From a virus, in IMG/VR virus record IMGVR_UViG_3300026139_000066: a stretch of DNA of 36,706 nt; one strand, 5' to 3'. Positions 25,907-33,533 of this stretch are shown here, piece by piece (position 1 is the stretch's first letter; each line of letters begins with the position of its first letter). The notes under the pieces were generated by a model. That model was not told the DNA's origin. It was given only the letters and a program-made list of their open reading frames with translations, and made no database searches. The translations under genes and the position numbers were made by a program.

Positions 25907-26612
25907 TGGCCTTCCCCTCTGATAATTGTTGCCGGGCGGCGATGGCCCGGAACCCCTCGTAAATATCCCGCCGCTGGGCAACTGGACGAGGGTTTGATTT
26001 CATCCCGCCGCCGCGCTCCTGAGACCTAGCCAACCAGTTAACGACGAACCGGCGGTAGTTTTTCTTTTTCCCCTTCGCTGGATTTGCCTTGATCCATTCG
26101 AGCATCGCCGCGAGCTCGCGGTCGATATCACAGGCAGGATAAGCGGCGGACCATGCGGTAAAGTCGGAATCGGTGATTCCAACCCAAGAAAGATTAGGAG
26201 AAGAAAGATCATCAGAAGAAAGAAGAATAGAGTAAAGGGAGGTATCATTTCGCGAAGCCGTTTCGCAATTTCGCGCAATCTGTTGTTTTCTCCTTTTAGA
26301 TAAAGCGTATTCTTCCCAATTACAAATGTAATAAATGCCGTTTCCACGGTCCTCGATCTTCTGATATTTCAGGCACTTTGAAATTGTGCTTTCCAGTAAT
26401 TCGACAGAACACGTAAACATCCCGGCAAGTTGGGCGATGGGGTAAGGCGTGGTATCGTTGGCCCGAATAAAGCCGTCGTCTTTATTTGCCAGAGCCATCA
26501 GGTCAACCCATATCGCCCGTTCCTCGTGGGTTAATTCGTGGCGCGTTGATCCCCAAATCCACTTGTCGGACCACAGTGGGAACCAATCGTAGACTTCTTT
26601 TCCACGTTTCAT
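25842..26612 (-). CDS. Phage replisome organizer / replication initiator (DnaD/O-like)
   Basis: 256 aa. The N-terminus DWFPLWSDKWIWGSTRHELTHEERAIWVDLMALA.. resembles the replisome-organizer N-domain. The low-complexity linker coincides with an AT-rich repeat region. Confidence 0.65.
   Translation of the reverse strand: MKRGKEVYDWFPLWSDKWIWGSTRHELTHEERAIWVDLMALANKDDGFIRANDTTPYPIAQLAGMFTCSVELLESTISKCLKYQKIEDRGNGIYYICNWEEYALSKRRKQQIARNCETASRNDTSLYSILLSSDDLSSPNLSWVGITDSDFTAWSAAYPACDIDRELAAMLEWIKANPAKGKKKNYRRFVVNWLARSQERGGGMKSNPRPVAQRRDIYEGFRAIAARQQLSEGKANDPRARVPAILDLDADPANDF
26186..26278. repeat. Iteron-like direct repeats inside the replisome organizer gene (candidate ori)
   Basis: Three tandem 15-bp units start at 26186, 26201 and 26216, each beginning AAGAAAGA. 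They are followed by TTTCGCGAA (26248), TTTCGCAA (26261) and TTTCGCGCAA (26269), then an AT-rich stretch to about 26345. Confidence 0.35.
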
Positions 26613-26637
26613 CGGTTATCCTTTCGCTGAGAAAAGC

Positions 26638-26701
26638 GGCCGGGCGGGACAGCAGGTGGATACTGTCCGACGCGAGGGGGGCGCGCTTTTTTCGCCCGGC
26701 C
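26638..26701 (-). terminator. Nested stem-loop, possible intrinsic terminator or regulatory RNA structure
   Basis: The outer 9-bp stem is GGCCGGGCG (26638..26646) with CGCCCGGCC (26693..26701). The inner 6-bp hairpin is GGACAG (26647..26652) with CTGTCC (26663..26668). On the minus strand the structure is followed by GCTTTTCTC. Confidence 0.3.
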
Positions 26702-26716
26702 AGAAGGAACCCATGA

Positions 26717-27547
26717 CTAGAACGCTCTCGAGGAAACGTCGTCCTCGGAGTACACGCTGACCCCGGGAATCTTGGCGTCGCCCTTCAGCGCCCGGACGAC
26801 CCGGCCGATTTTGACTTCATCGGGAATCAGATATTCGCGGGGGAGCAGGGCGGCGTCCTTGATACGAAATTTCCAGACCTTCCGCAGTGAAAGCCCAGTG
26901 GCAACCGGCGCGTCGGGGACGACGGGAGCCTCCTCGATCTTGGCCTCCATAACGTTGACGGCTTCCTGTGCGAGCGCTTCGGCCTTGGCAAAATTGCCCT
27001 TCGCTTCGGCCTTCTCCACGGCGCGGAGTTTCTTGTCGGCCTCGGCCCGGGCCTCGGCTTCGATTCTGGCTCGCTCGGCCTCTGCCTCACGGCGCTTCCG
27101 ATCTTCCTCGGCCAAGTAACCGGCGATGGTCCGCTTGACAATCTTTTCCGCCTCATCAAGCGGCGCCGTGAATTTTTTCTTTTCGGCCAGGAGGGACCGG
27201 TGGAGCTCGTAAGCCTTGGAAATCTGCGGGTCAAACGTCTCGGCAATCCTTGCGGCCAGGGCTTTGACACTTTTGAGGAATCCGTTGGCCCTGTCGAGCG
27301 ATGGCTGGTCGTTGACGCGGAGGGTCAGGGCGTACTTCGGAGCGACCAGCGCTTCCTGGCGGGGATCCCCGCCAGCCAGCTCGTCCTCGGATTCCGGGGA
27401 GGGCTCCTCGGGGAATTCCGATTCCTCGGAGGGAAACTCCTCCCGCTCGAGCGCCTGGGCCGGGGAAGCGAACTTTCTCCGGCGCGCCGGTCCAATCACC
27501 TTCTTGACGACGACTTCATCGGCCTTGTTCTGAACCTGAGTTTCCAT
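26717..27547 (-). CDS. Gp157-like coiled-coil protein (recombination-module accessory)
   Basis: 276 aa with an acidic N-terminus and a long coiled coil. The C-terminus LRKVWKFRIKDAALLPREYLIPDEVKIGRVVRALKGDAKIPGVSVY resembles Siphovirus Gp157. It is adjacent to the Sak4-like ATPase. Confidence 0.5.
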   Translation of the reverse strand: METQVQNKADEVVVKKVIGPARRRKFASPAQALEREEFPSEESEFPEEPSPESEDELAGGDPRQEALVAPKYALTLRVNDQPSLDRANGFLKSVKALAARIAETFDPQISKAYELHRSLLAEKKKFTAPLDEAEKIVKRTIAGYLAEEDRKRREAEAERARIEAEARAEADKKLRAVEKAEAKGNFAKAEALAQEAVNVMEAKIEEAPVVPDAPVATGLSLRKVWKFRIKDAALLPREYLIPDEVKIGRVVRALKGDAKIPGVSVYSEDDVSSRAF

Positions 27548-27549
27548 CG

Positions 27550-28593
27550 TCAGCCCTCCATCCCGGCGTAAGCCTTGGCCGTGTGCTTCGCGGCGGACTT
27601 GGCCTTGCCCTTGCGGAGGTGGTCCGCCCAGCGGTTGAGGTAGTCGATCGCGGTCTCGGCCTCGACATTGGACAGATCGCCGGTGTCGGTGATCACCCGG
27701 CCGTGTTTCTTTTCGATCTCACCGCGGATCCCGGTCCAGATCGTCCCTTCCGAAATTCCGAGCGTCTTGAGATCACCCGATTTCGTCTTGATCTTTTCGA
27801 CCTGCTCCGGTCGAGCCGAGACAAGAGTGGGTTCGGGGATTTCGTTTTCGGCGGATTCCTCGAAAGGAATCTGGGGCGGAAGGGATTCGACCGGCTTGGC
27901 GCCGACCAGCCAGGCCATGATCTGCTCGCCCGTCTTTTTCGTCGGCTTGAAGATCTGGCCGTCGAACATCGCGGTCCGGTCTTTGGATGCGACGGCGTTG
28001 TGGTCCATCGCCAAATCGAAAACCGTGGTGAACTCGTACTCCATGCCGTCCCGCTGGATCGGCGCCATGCCGACCTTCTTCGGGGCCGACTTGCCCTTTT
28101 CGTTGATTTCCAGGACGTAATCCTGCTTGGATCTCATGGTGCAAATCAGGATGATATTGGCGTTGAGGATGCGCGCCTTGAATTGCTCGTGCTCTTTTGT
28201 AATACCGGCCCAGTTTGTGTAGGAGTTTCCCCCGCGCTGGTCCAAGGCCTCCTTTTTCGATAGAAGCCCGCCCTCTCCCGCCCAAGCATGAGAGATCGAA
28301 TCGACGACCAGCACGTCATAATTTTCGGCTTGTGCGGCCTCAATCGCCCGGACGTACTTGTCGATGGTGTAGGGCGGATCGAGCTCGAGGACATCGAACG
28401 CGAGTCCTTTCAGCGGCCCCCTGTCCATGTCGGCATAGAGAGACGCGGAGCCGTTCTCGGTATCGATCACGGCGATTTTCTTTCCCATGCCGGAAGCAAG
28501 GAGAAGGGCGGAGAATGTCTTCCCGGAACCGCTCGGGCCTGTCAGGGCAATCTTCGGCTTGTGTTGTTTGCGTTCCGCCTTGACGAATGTCAT
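27550..28593 (-). CDS. Sak4-like RecA-fold ATPase (AAA_24 family) single-strand annealing/recombination protein
   Basis: 347 aa. Walker A is LTGPSGSGKTF and Walker B-like is YDVLVVDSISH. The remaining core (..ICTMRSK..) is typical of the family. Confidence 0.8.
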   Translation of the reverse strand: MTFVKAERKQHKPKIALTGPSGSGKTFSALLLASGMGKKIAVIDTENGSASLYADMDRGPLKGLAFDVLELDPPYTIDKYVRAIEAAQAENYDVLVVDSISHAWAGEGGLLSKKEALDQRGGNSYTNWAGITKEHEQFKARILNANIILICTMRSKQDYVLEINEKGKSAPKKVGMAPIQRDGMEYEFTTVFDLAMDHNAVASKDRTAMFDGQIFKPTKKTGEQIMAWLVGAKPVESLPPQIPFEESAENEIPEPTLVSARPEQVEKIKTKSGDLKTLGISEGTIWTGIRGEIEKKHGRVITDTGDLSNVEAETAIDYLNRWADHLRKGKAKSAAKHTAKAYAGMEG

Positions 28594-28602
28594 GTTGTCC
28601 CC

Positions 28603-28869
28603 CTAGAACGGGATGTCTCCCGGGTCTGCATCAGAGGGGAAGGCATCCGCGGCGGCGGCGGTTGCGGACGGCCGGGCCGTCGGCCGCTCGTCGGCCGGGG
28701 CCGTGATGATATAGTCCGGCGAGTTCTCGGACTGCCGATTGTCCGCCGGCCAGATCGTATAACGATAATCAAGGCCGGTGGGATTGGTGATGGAAACAGA
28801 GAGAAAAGGCTTGCCGTCTGGGGTCGTCCGTTTCCATGCGGCCCCGACTCGTTTCGTTTTAGCGCTCAT
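28603..28869 (-). CDS. Short SSB-like protein with a canonical C-terminal D-I-P-F tip
   Basis: ATG at 28869 follows GGAGGATACC. The 88-aa product is MSAKTKRVGAAWKRTTPDGKPFLSVSI...AFPSDADPGDIPF. Confidence 0.5.
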   Translation of the reverse strand: MSAKTKRVGAAWKRTTPDGKPFLSVSITNPTGLDYRYTIWPADNRQSENSPDYIITAPADERPTARPSATAAAADAFPSDADPGDIPF

Positions 28870-28882
28870 GGTATCCTCCTTC

Positions 28883-29056
28883 CTACAGCGCCAGCGATAA
28901 CTGGACCGCCGGGGAGGGCATGTCCCCCCCGGTCGGCCCCTCCTTCCGTACCCGATTTTCGCGTTCCCGGTGGTGCACCTCCTGCGGTTGACAGTATCCA
29001 CATGCGGATCCCAGATGGAGGAATCCGCAGATCGGACAGCGTTGAGCGCTGGTCAT
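28883..29056 (-). CDS. Possible 57-aa zinc-ribbon ORF (below the track cutoff)
   Basis: Hand translation gives MTSAQRCPICGFLHLGSACGYCQPQEVHHRERENRVRKEGPTGGDMPSPAVQLSLAL*. It fills an otherwise empty 236-nt gap, but there is no clear RBS. Confidence 0.3.
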   Translation of the reverse strand: MTSAQRCPICGFLHLGSACGYCQPQEVHHRERENRVRKEGPTGGDMPSPAVQLSLAL

Positions 29057-29105
29057 AGCGTGTCGTCGATGTCCGAGGCGCGCTCGGCGAAATATTGATA
29101 CAGAT

Positions 29106-29414
29106 TCATTGGGCTCCTCCCGTTCCGATTTTTCCTACCGCCGCCTCGAGCGCCGACAACCGGGATTCGATGGCGGCGAACCTAGAGCTCTCGTTATCGC
29201 GCCGTTGACGCCAGGACCGAGCCCGGCATTTGTCGGAGCAAAACCGAGCCGGCCTGTCCGGGTTTTCCTTTGCGGGCGTGAAAATCGTTTCGCACGCCGT
29301 ACAGGGGCGAGGACCCGGTTTCCCGGCCCTTGGACGTTGGCCGCGTACGTACGCGTTTAAACGGCAAGGAGACGGCAAGGAACCGGCAACGGCGGCGGTC
29401 TCGCGGGGAATCAT
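29106..29414 (-). CDS. Small zinc-ribbon protein
   Basis: 102 aa with CTACETIF...FCSDKCRARSWRQRR. There is an ATGA overlap with the upstream HTH gene. Confidence 0.5.
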   Translation of the reverse strand: MIPRETAAVAGSLPSPCRLNAYVRGQRPRAGKPGPRPCTACETIFTPAKENPDRPARFCSDKCRARSWRQRRDNESSRFAAIESRLSALEAAVGKIGTGGAQ

Positions 29415-29698
29415 GCGCCCTTGATCCTTTCGGCGATGAGTCGTCCCGCAGCGTCGGCGGAGTCAATGTCGATGGTACGGAGGCGGTCCGCGTGGTCGCT
29501 GAAAGTATGCTTCTTAAGGAATTGACGTATCCTGGCCGTGACAAGGTATCCAGGATTCCTGTCCCCGCTCATCCAGCGGTAAAAGACGTTCTCGGATACG
29601 CCTATCTCCTCGGCCAGAATCCGGGCGGGTAATTCGCCATTCCGGTATATCCGGCGCATGGTTTCAAGCTCTTGTTTCGTGATCCGTTCTCGTTTCAT
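29411..29698 (-). CDS. Helix-turn-helix DNA-binding protein (Cro/excisionase-like)
   Basis: 95 aa. The segment ..ELPARILAEEIGVSENVFYRWMSG.. is HTH-like. It is the first gene after a promoter-like gap. Confidence 0.6.
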   Translation of the reverse strand: MKRERITKQELETMRRIYRNGELPARILAEEIGVSENVFYRWMSGDRNPGYLVTARIRQFLKKHTFSDHADRLRTIDIDSADAAGRLIAERIKGA

Positions 29699-29706
29699 GA
29701 GCCTAT

Positions 29707-29734
29707 CCTATAATAATGATTTATGACTTGTCAA
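29707..29734 (-). promoter_or_regulatory. Candidate sigma70-type promoter for the recombination/replication module
   Basis: On the minus strand there is a perfect TTGACA (29734..29729), a 16-nt spacer, then TATAGG (29712..29707), in an AT-rich 49-nt gap just upstream of the HTH gene. The -10 element is weak and sits very close to the start codon. Confidence 0.3.
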
Positions 29735-29747
29735 GCATTTTCTTTCG

Positions 29748-30269
29748 CTATCTTTTCCACTCGGAAATGATAAAGTCCTTCGGTATTTTATCATACGGAA
29801 TAGGAAGAAATGCGGCGCGGCTAGGGCCAGAAGGCTTGGTCATTAACGCAAGCCTCTCGGTCCCGCATAGCTTGAGCCAGTCAATCATTTTTAGTATGTC
29901 AATGATCTTCCATTCGATGAATTCTACGCCGGACTCATCCGAATATCCGTGTAGGTAAAATTGACTAGCAATCTTGAAGAACTCTCCGCGCTCCTTTGTG
30001 TGTCGGTTTTGCCAAAACTCCATAGTGAAGGTTCGGTACTTGTAGAACGCGAACGATAGCGCCTTTTCCTGGCCGGTCAGTTGCGCTCCGCTTTTTAGGC
30101 GGACCCGCATATCAATGGCAAACTGCTGATCCAGGACGAACAGTTCGGAAGCCCGGCTAAATCGATCTATGCTCTCGGGCGGTACATCGAATACATTACA
30201 AATAACCCGATCGCACGCCGGGCGCATCCGAATCGACTGTTGATATTCAGGGGTATCTTCAAGCGGCAT
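29748..30269 (-). CDS. Hypothetical protein (orphan ORF in a low-GC segment)
   Basis: 173 aa from the ATG at 30269, which overlaps the ParB-MTase stop by 11 nt. No motif recognised. Confidence 0.5.
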   Translation of the reverse strand: MPLEDTPEYQQSIRMRPACDRVICNVFDVPPESIDRFSRASELFVLDQQFAIDMRVRLKSGAQLTGQEKALSFAFYKYRTFTMEFWQNRHTKERGEFFKIASQFYLHGYSDESGVEFIEWKIIDILKMIDWLKLCGTERLALMTKPSGPSRAAFLPIPYDKIPKDFIISEWKR

Positions 30270-31455
30270 TGACGCACCCTCGCTTGAGACAAATATCGAT
30301 GGCCTTGGGGTCAACGTCGCAACCGATCACCCTTCGCCCGAGCTTTGCCGCCGCAAGGATCACGGTCCCACTTCCCGCAAAGGGGTCAAATATAAATTCT
30401 CCGAGCTTCGATGAATTACGGATAAGGCGCTCGATTAAGTCCATCGGCTTCTGCCATTCATGGAATCGGTCACCGATCCGACCGTCCGGAGCGTTGACGT
30501 TCTGGCAGGCGTATTGATGCGTCCCGTCGCTTGGCTTATTGATGGCCGGGGCATCCGGGCCGCGATAGTAAAGGATGATCTGATAATTCGACGTGTATCT
30601 TTTATTCGGTTGACGCTGGCCTGTGTTGTTATAGTTCCAAATCAAAACCTGTTCCAATTTTAGGCCGTGAGAATCCATGCGGAGATAGGCCGCGATTTCG
30701 GCCGGGTCCGCGCTGGCAAAGATATACGCCTGTCCGGTTGGCTTTACGCGGGAGAGGCAAGCGGATACGTGTCCCGTAAAGTCTCCCTCCGTAAAATAGG
30801 GCGGGTCAGTCAAGAGTAGGTCGATCGGAGGTGTTGTCTTTAATACATCCAGGCAATCTCCCTTGATGATGACGGGGCGCTCTGACAGCGCGGCCTTCGT
30901 CTCGGCTATATGGCGTTCGCGGCGAACCTCGATGTTCTTTTCTGCCTTGGCCTTCGATACGGGCTTATGTTCGAGGATCGCCTTTTGTAATTCCGGGCTT
31001 CGCTCCACTTCCTCGGCAAATTTCGCGTCCCGCTTGATCGTCGCGGGGGAGACGCCGTGTTCTTTGGCAAGGCGGGCGGCCGTCGAAGCTGGTTCATTTT
31101 GATCCAGCTTTTTAGGCCCCCGTTCTCCGTCTGCTTTTTTAAGCCGGTTATACCGCCGCCCCCTTAGCAGGCTCATTTGATCCGGCGTGAGGTTGCGTCG
31201 TCCGAGTTGGTTCCTGTCGATCCAGTCGGCCGCCGCCGCCCGGTTCGGCAATTCAATCGCCGTTGTTTTATACGGAAGTTGGAGCCGCTCGCAAATCTCG
31301 AAGCGGTTATGCCCGTCCAAAATAATCCCGTCCCAAATGACAAGCGCATCCCGGCAACCTTCGGCCCGGATATTCGCTTCCAGTTGGATTCGCTCATCCT
31401 CTGACAGCGGCGGGATCAGCGCGTGAAACTCCGGGTCAATAATTGGCTTGGTCAT
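30259..31455 (-). CDS. ParB-like nuclease domain fused to a beta-class N6-adenine/N4-cytosine DNA methyltransferase
   Basis: 398 aa. The N-terminus carries ..VIWDGIILDGHNRFEIC.. (ParB/Srx-like DGHxR). The methyltransferase motif IV LLLTDPPYF comes before motif I FDPFAGSGT, which is the beta-class order. Confidence 0.85.
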   Translation of the reverse strand: MTKPIIDPEFHALIPPLSEDERIQLEANIRAEGCRDALVIWDGIILDGHNRFEICERLQLPYKTTAIELPNRAAAADWIDRNQLGRRNLTPDQMSLLRGRRYNRLKKADGERGPKKLDQNEPASTAARLAKEHGVSPATIKRDAKFAEEVERSPELQKAILEHKPVSKAKAEKNIEVRRERHIAETKAALSERPVIIKGDCLDVLKTTPPIDLLLTDPPYFTEGDFTGHVSACLSRVKPTGQAYIFASADPAEIAAYLRMDSHGLKLEQVLIWNYNNTGQRQPNKRYTSNYQIILYYRGPDAPAINKPSDGTHQYACQNVNAPDGRIGDRFHEWQKPMDLIERLIRNSSKLGEFIFDPFAGSGTVILAAAKLGRRVIGCDVDPKAIDICLKRGCVNAA

Positions 31456-31467
31456 CGTGCCTCCATA

Positions 31468-31475
31468 AAATAAAA
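31468..31475. repeat. 8-bp target-site duplication AAATAAAA (left copy)
   Basis: Directly abuts the left IR and is identical to 34480..34487. Confidence 0.8.
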
Positions 31476-31498
31476 GGTAATGTTCACTTTTAGGGCTT
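31476..31498. repeat. Transposon terminal inverted repeat (left): GGTAATGTTCACTTTTAGGGCTT
   Basis: 23/23 match to the reverse complement of 34457..34479. It overlaps the last codons and the stop of vsr. Confidence 0.9.
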
Positions 31499-31894
31499 TA
31501 AATTATCTTTGATCCACTTGCTTAAAACGTTTTCCTTCTCCGTTTGGCATTCCCATACGACTAAAACCTTCCAGCCCAAACCGATAAGCTTTGATTTGGA
31601 TTCGCTAAAAGAGTTTACGTTGCGTTCAAACTTCTTTTTCCAGTACTCCTCGTTGCTTTTGGGCGTTGTAGCCTTTTTGCAGTCGTGCCTATGCCAAAAG
31701 CATCCGTGAACGAATATAACCGTTCCATGCTTGGGAAGAACTATGTCTGGCTTTCCAGGAAGGTCTTTTCTGTGAAGCCTGAAGCGGTATCCCGCTTTGT
31801 GGAGAGCCGACCTCACCATCATTTCCGGCTTGGTATTCTTGCTCCTGACGCGAGACATTATCTCGCTTCTCTTGTCTTTGCTGACTTTGTCCAT
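31490..31894 (-). CDS. vsr: Very short patch repair (Vsr) endonuclease
   Basis: 134 aa. ..RSEIMSRVRSKNTKPEMMVRSALHKAGYRFRLHRKDLPGKPDIVLPKHGTVIFVHGCFWHRH.. is the canonical Vsr motif set. Confidence 0.9.
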   Translation of the reverse strand: MDKVSKDKRSEIMSRVRSKNTKPEMMVRSALHKAGYRFRLHRKDLPGKPDIVLPKHGTVIFVHGCFWHRHDCKKATTPKSNEEYWKKKFERNVNSFSESKSKLIGLGWKVLVVWECQTEKENVLSKWIKDNLKP

Positions 31895-32610
31895 TACACG
31901 CCGTAGCTCGAAAGCATGTAGGGTTTCATGCCGTCAACAAAGTCATGAACCTTCAGCTTTAGCTGAACGTTATTGCCAGGATGCCTTATGTCGTCCTTTC
32001 TCATATGGCAGTAGCTTGCTCCGTTTCCGCCCTTTCTCTGAAAAACGATATAGTCGCCTATGGTCAGGTTTCCTCTTGCCGTGAATCCTATGTCGTATCC
32101 CACGTGCCTCAAAACGTCGTCCATCTTGTATATTCTGAACAAGCTCTCAGGGCTGGCAAAAAGCACAAGAATCTCTCTGCTTGTTTTTGCGGCCAAAGAC
32201 CATTTGACCATTCTTCTGGCTATCGGAGAGAATATGCCTAGAGCCTTCGGTTGCTCGCTTTCTGAAAACAGCTTTTGCGATACATTTCTTGCTTTCGAGA
32301 GAAAAAGCTCCTCTAGCCAATCTTGGCACGAAAGCCCAAACTCTCCGCAAAAATGCTCTATTGAAGTTCTGGTCATCTGGTTATAGGCCATCTCCCCGTA
32401 CGATTTTATGTTGGCGTCTATATTCCGTCCGCACGTGAACTCCAGAGTCACGTCTCTTTTTTCTGCGTGTATTCCAGAGCTGATTCCTGTTCTGAAATTG
32501 CCCGTTATGGAGTACGCGCTTTTTATTGCATTTATTACTGAAGGATGATCGCTGACACTATTTCTAAACAAAATTTCTACGTTTCTTCCCCTGTACGCGT
32601 TTCTGTTCAT
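31894..32610 (-). CDS. Type II restriction endonuclease candidate (MspI/HinP1I-like)
   Basis: 238 aa, lying between the C5 MTase and vsr with 1-nt TAATG overlaps on both sides. From memory, the C-terminal ..VFQRKGGNG..NNVQLKLK.. resembles the HinP1I/MspI family. No search was run. Confidence 0.6.
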   Translation of the reverse strand: MNRNAYRGRNVEILFRNSVSDHPSVINAIKSAYSITGNFRTGISSGIHAEKRDVTLEFTCGRNIDANIKSYGEMAYNQMTRTSIEHFCGEFGLSCQDWLEELFLSKARNVSQKLFSESEQPKALGIFSPIARRMVKWSLAAKTSREILVLFASPESLFRIYKMDDVLRHVGYDIGFTARGNLTIGDYIVFQRKGGNGASYCHMRKDDIRHPGNNVQLKLKVHDFVDGMKPYMLSSYGV

Positions 32611-33533
32611 TAGGCCGCCTTTATCGATTCGTAAACGTGACTTATCATTTGCGGAATTACCGCATTTCCAAGCTGCTGGTATCCCTGAATCCCATCGGAC
32701 ACGAAATGGCTTTTAGAAAAGCCCATTAGCGTCTTGCACTCGTCTATCGAGAGCTTTCTTATGCCGTTAGGCGTAAGATACAGTCCGGTTCTGGCCCCGA
32801 CTCCGCCCCCATAGGCCGACAGGGTTATCGCGTGACCCTTGGGACTGTAAATCCTCTCTCCCTGGCCTCCCTTGTTAACGATTCCAATTCTAAGGGGCTT
32901 TAGGGCCTGCTTGACGTCCGACTTTTCGATCCTTATGTCGTCCCTGTTTATGAACAGGGACTTTTCCGCACTTGTATCCATAACGTTTTCGAGATACACT
33001 TTTCTAAAGGATTCTTTAGGGGGCTTGTACTTAAGCTTGCCGTCCCTTCTAAGACAGACGAAATAAACCCTTGACCTGCTTTGCGGTATCCCGAAATGCG
33101 AGGCGTTCAATATATGCTTGTGAACGTCGTAGCCGATTTCTCCGAGCTTAAATTCTATGGTTTTCATTACGTTTCCGCTGTCTATCGTCAGAATGTTCTT
33201 TACGTTTTCAAGCAGCAGAACGTAAGGCTGATGGTATTGGGCTATTCTGACTATCTCGTAAAAGAGTCTGCCCCTTTCGTCCTTTATGCCGCCATGATTT
33301 CCGGATATGCTGAACGACTGGCACGGAAAGCCCGCACAAAGAATGTCGTGCTTGGGAATCTTTCTTTCGTGAATTTCGGTAATGTCTCCATGGGGCTTTT
33401 CTCCGAAATTTCTGCGATACGCGTCCTGAACCTTCAAATCGTTGTCCGAAGAAAAAACGCATTCCATGCCCTGCTTTTCCAAAGCGACCCTAAAACCTCC
33501 TATTCCACAAAACAAATCTATAAACTTATACAT
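32610..33533 (-). CDS. DNA (cytosine-5) methyltransferase, M.HhaI-like
   Basis: 307 aa. Motif I is DLFCGIGGF, motif IV GFPCQSFS, motif VI LLENVKN, motif VIII QSRSRVYF and motif X QLGNAV. The TRD segment RIGIVNKGGQGERIYSPKGHAITLSAYGGG closely parallels M.HhaI (RLGIVGKGGQGERIYSTRGIAITLSAYGGG, recalled from memory). Confidence 0.95.
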   Translation of the reverse strand: MYKFIDLFCGIGGFRVALEKQGMECVFSSDNDLKVQDAYRRNFGEKPHGDITEIHERKIPKHDILCAGFPCQSFSISGNHGGIKDERGRLFYEIVRIAQYHQPYVLLLENVKNILTIDSGNVMKTIEFKLGEIGYDVHKHILNASHFGIPQSRSRVYFVCLRRDGKLKYKPPKESFRKVYLENVMDTSAEKSLFINRDDIRIEKSDVKQALKPLRIGIVNKGGQGERIYSPKGHAITLSAYGGGVGARTGLYLTPNGIRKLSIDECKTLMGFSKSHFVSDGIQGYQQLGNAVIPQMISHVYESIKAA

